64,000 nucleotides of DNA, from assembly GCA_950097015.1 (NCBI GenBank), contig CATNEN010000003.1, positions 7,130,001-7,194,000 on the forward strand, in the 5' to 3' direction. Positions 60,335 through 64,000 of this stretch are shown here, piece after piece; positions within the stretch are counted from its first letter, which is position 1, and each line of letters starts with the position of its first letter. This stretch comes from Macrostomum hystrix (taxonomy: Eukaryota > Animalia > Platyhelminthes). The notes below the pieces were generated by a model. It searched no databases. It saw nothing but the letters and a program-made list of their open reading frames with translations, and was not told the DNA's origin. The position numbers and the translations under genes are program-made.

Positions 60335-60832
60335 TTGAAATTTCTAAGAATCGGTATTTCTAAAGTCGACATATCTAAGAATCCGTATTTCTAAGAATCT
60401 GGATTCCGAAGAATCGGGATTTCTAAGAATCAGAATTTCTAAGAATCGGGATTTCGAAGAATCGGAATTTCTAAGAATTGGAATTTCAAAGAATCGGGAT
60501 TTCTAAGAATCAGAATTTCTAAGAATCGGGATTTCGAAGAATCGGAATTTCTAAGAATTGGGATTTCGAAGAATCGGGATTTCTAAGAATCAGAATTTCT
60601 AAGAATTGGGATTTCTAAGAATCAGAATTTCTAAGAATCGGGATTTCTAAGAATCAGAATTTCTAAGAATCGGGTTTCGAAGAATCTGGATTTCGAAGAA
60701 TCTGGATTTCGAAGAATCGGGATTTCTAAGAATCAGAATTTCTAAGAATCGGGATTTCTAAGAATCAGGGTTTCTAAGAATCGGGATTTCCAAGAATCGG
60801 GATTTCTAAGAATCGGGGTTTCTTAGAATCTG
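60335..60832. repeat. 16-17-bp minisatellite (TTTCTAAGAATCGGGA)
   Basis: About 30 degenerate copies. Confidence 0.9.
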
Positions 60833-62191
60833 ATATAACAAATTGAAAACTTAGTTTACTACCTAGCATTGCTTAATTTATCGTTTTTATTGATAATTTT
60901 CTTCTATTTAGGCTTTGCGTGAACTTTATCAAGAACAAAACAATTTTTTTAAACGCAGTCAGACAGACATCATTCTTTTGTAATCTGATAGTGTCAAATT
61001 GTGCACTTTTTTGCTCCTAAATATAATTATACCAGATTTAAGAAGTAAAACAAAAAACGCCACGTAGCGAATGCAGCACCTTTGCGTTCGCTAATGAGAC
61101 TAAGAGAGAAAAGAATTGAATGAAAAGAACAAGCAACATGCGAAACCAGAAACAAGGTATGCAGAGGACCAACCAGGATTGAACGATGAGGTCTGGAAAA
61201 TTCGTTCCTAAAGTTCGGTACTACCGATCTGTGGTCGGGTAACTATGCGCTAAACTATTTTTACAAGTTTGCACCTGTTTGGCAGGCGGTCTATTTGGCT
61301 TCCTTTGGACAAATTGCTTTCAAAAGCAGTGACGCAACAGTCGAAACGATTATTACAGATCTAATTTAGCGTTAAGTGCTGCTGTTATCATTAAAATACT
61401 GTAAAATAAAATAAGGATAATTAATAAGTTCATTCTCGATCTAAAGTAACGAAATAAAAAAGCAGCATTGTATACTATTGTCATAATCTGTTAGAATAGA
61501 AAACTAGTTACTACTTTAAGAAGTTTTATCAAAGGAAATTTGTGGCAAATTAAAGGATAAAAACGATTTCTAAGAAAAAAAGATAACTTAAAAACAACAT
61601 TGAATATCTCATAACAGACTATAAAGGTGACGATTCTCAAGGGTTTACTCATAAAAATATAAATATCAATAACAAGAGTGTCTAAAAATTTAACGATCTT
61701 CGCAGACCAAATTAACGCAAAATGATGTAAAAATACTTAGCGAAAAAGTAACGCTTTAAATAGATCCCATTTTAATAGATGCAGTTGACTTTGACGTCGA
61801 AAATGTATGATTGTTACCAACGAAACTTACACAGAGTTGCACTTCGATGTAAGGTAAAACGCAAGTTACGGGTATCGTTTTATTGACGAAAAACGATAAA
61901 AGTACATTCAACTCGCCACAGCACTCGGGCAATAATTCGAGTGGCTGGTTGATATGAATTTCCTGCTTTGTTGAAATTGATTTCGAATGAGCAAAGTGCT
62001 CCAACATGATGCCGAATGCTATTTTTAGTTTTAGAAGCTGAATGGAAAATTAGCATGCAGAGTAGATTTGAAATGTATATTTGTCTTTGAGAACGTTACT
62101 AGCAAGTTTTGCCCCCCTTCGGGGAGCAGAAATATTTTTAATTCGTCTAGTATATACTTTTTTGCAGCTGCATTTTCAGCTTTTTTATGCT

Positions 62192-63050
62192 ACAATGATC
62201 ACCCAGTTGAAAATGATTCCCCAGTTGACAAGGATCACCCAGTTGAAAATGATTCCCCAGTTGACAATGATCACCCAGTTGACAATGATCCCCCAGTTGA
62301 CAATGATCCCCCAGTTGAAAATGATCACCCAGTTGAAAATGATTCCCCAGTTGACAATGATCACCCAGTTGAAAATGATCCCCCAGTTGACAATGATCCC
62401 CCAGTTGAAAATGATCACCCAGTTGACAATGATCCCCCAGTTGACAATGATCACCCAGTTGACAATGATCACCCAGTTGACAATGATCACCCAGTTGACA
62501 ATGATCCCCCAGTTGACAATGATCACCCAGTTGAAAATGATCCCCCAGTTGACAATGATCCCCCCAGTTGAAAATGATCCCCCAGTTGACAATGATCCCC
62601 CAGTTGACAATGATCCCCCAGTTGACAATGATCCCCCAGTTGACAATTATCCCCCAGTTGACAAGGATCCCCCAGTTGACAAGGATCCCCCAGTTGACAA
62701 TGATCACCCAGTTGACAATTATCCCTTAGTTGACAATGATCCCCCAGTTGATAATGATCCCCCCGTTGACAATGATCACCCAGTTGAAAATGATCCCCCA
62801 GTTGACAATGATCCCCCAGTTGATAATGATCACCCAGTTGACAATGATCGCCGAGTTGACAGTGATCCCCCAGTTGACAATGATCCCCCAGTTGAAAATG
62901 ATCCCCCAGTTGACAGTGATCCCCCAGTTGACAATGATCCCCCAGTTGAAAATGATCCCCCAGTTGACAATGATCCCCCAGTTGACAATGATCCCCCAGT
63001 TGAAAATGATCCCCCAGTTGACAGTGATCCCCCAGTTGATGATTATCCCA
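62192..63050. repeat. 18-bp minisatellite (CAGTTGACAATGATCCCC)
   Basis: About 47 copies. Confidence 0.95.
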
Positions 63051-63729
63051 TCCATCCCATCGCATCCATGACTACTGACTGACAATTAGTTTAAATGATT
63101 TGACGCAGTGCAGAATCGTACCAGGGACACTTCGCCTAGCCTAGCCTAACCTATTCCTAGTGCCTACACATCGGCTACTCCGACTGTTGGATTGTTGATG
63201 CAAAAATTAGCCTTACGTAGTATAAACAATCACTTTGCCCATGAAATAGACACCCTGTTAATTGTTTCGCAGGAGTAACTTCAACAGCAAGTCATTGCCA
63301 AAAGCCAAATGACATCCGAACAAAGGGATCTAATGTGTTTGTATCTGAAAATAGCCCCATAAGAAATTCTCTTTAACACCATTAATTTGCTGACATGTAT
63401 AGTGAGATAGAAGAATGCAAAAACGTGTTGTTTCACTTGTGTGAAGATCTAATTGAGCCTATATAAACACATAGAAGTTACTTTGCATTCAAGTCAAGGG
63501 AGAGCTGTCATCTTTTGTGTTGCTACCCATTTTTGACAGCATGGCTCATTGTGAATTGGAATCAAATGCAGAAATAAAGACAATGGCACACATTATATTG
63601 GCAGAAAATGAATGGACAGAAATAGCAAATAAAGACGTTGTAGCACAATGAAACAAATGCTGCACCCCAAATAAACGGAAGTGGACATCAGAACTGCTTC
63701 GCATGGCAGCAGAACTAATATAAAATTTA

Positions 63730-64000
63730 CATGGGGCTCTGGGCAATGGCACATCAGTTGGTGACATTTAGACCTGCAGTCAGCGAGGAGGCAATTATAC
63801 CCATTCCGCTGACTCCGGAGTACACACACACACACAGGACTCGGGCGCCAGTACTCAGGCACACACTCACACAGGTGTGTACATCTGCCTTGACTTTGTC
63901 ATCTGGACATTGGCTCTTAAGGGCGTCAATTGCATGACAAGCATCTTAAGCCTTCTCTCCGCGTCTGCAGCCCTAATGAATGTGGCCTCGCTGCGGAATC
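63730..64000 (-). mobile_element. SINE family A copy (head runs off window)
   Basis: GGGCAATGGCACATCA..TGGTGACA.TAGACCTGCAG.CAGCGAGGAGGCAATT... homologous to 1540-1800. Confidence 0.75.

Noticed and set aside
55500-62050. Short ORFs at 55519, 56782 and 61756 as genes or transposase remnants
   Set aside because: No motif I can recognise with confidence and no consistent exon chain; would need BLASTx.
57505-63085. Repeat-protein ORFs (PPSHPPFICH; DNDPPV)
   Set aside because: Translations of 26-bp and 18-bp minisatellites. The DNDPPV frame is broken by an indel at about 62565, and no supporting exon structure was found.

Overview
Eukaryotic (metazoan) genomic DNA with spliced GT-AG genes, AT-rich introns, GC-rich exons and many intronic minisatellites. 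The style suggests a free-living flatworm such as Macrostomum, but that is inference only. In order, the window holds: LMAN1/ERGIC-53 (-); a 3-exon, 84-aa secreted prepropeptide missed by the ORF track (+); an F-type lectin-PAN gene (-); a degenerate Ty3/Gypsy pol remnant; IFT43 (+, 7 exons, possibly a 9-nt microexon) with an internally deleted Merlin transposon (TIRs plus 8-bp TSD) in intron 1; an importin-11-like gene (+); an intronless secreted M13 metallopeptidase (-); a LINE 3' fragment; an 8-Cys defensin-like peptide (-); a frameshifted PAN/C-type lectin (-); and a 17-kb Notch-like receptor gene (-) with 11 EGF, 3 LNR, NOD/NODP and TM but no recognisable RAM motif or ankyrin array. Two tRNA-derived SINE families (one CORE-like) and about 17 tandem-repeat arrays fill much of the rest. 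The most interesting items are the candidate beta-hairpin peptide precursor, the ANK-less Notch-like receptor, the 8-Cys peptide and a hammerhead-like motif order inside SINE family A. All exon models were built by hand from splice signals and reading frame, without transcript data.
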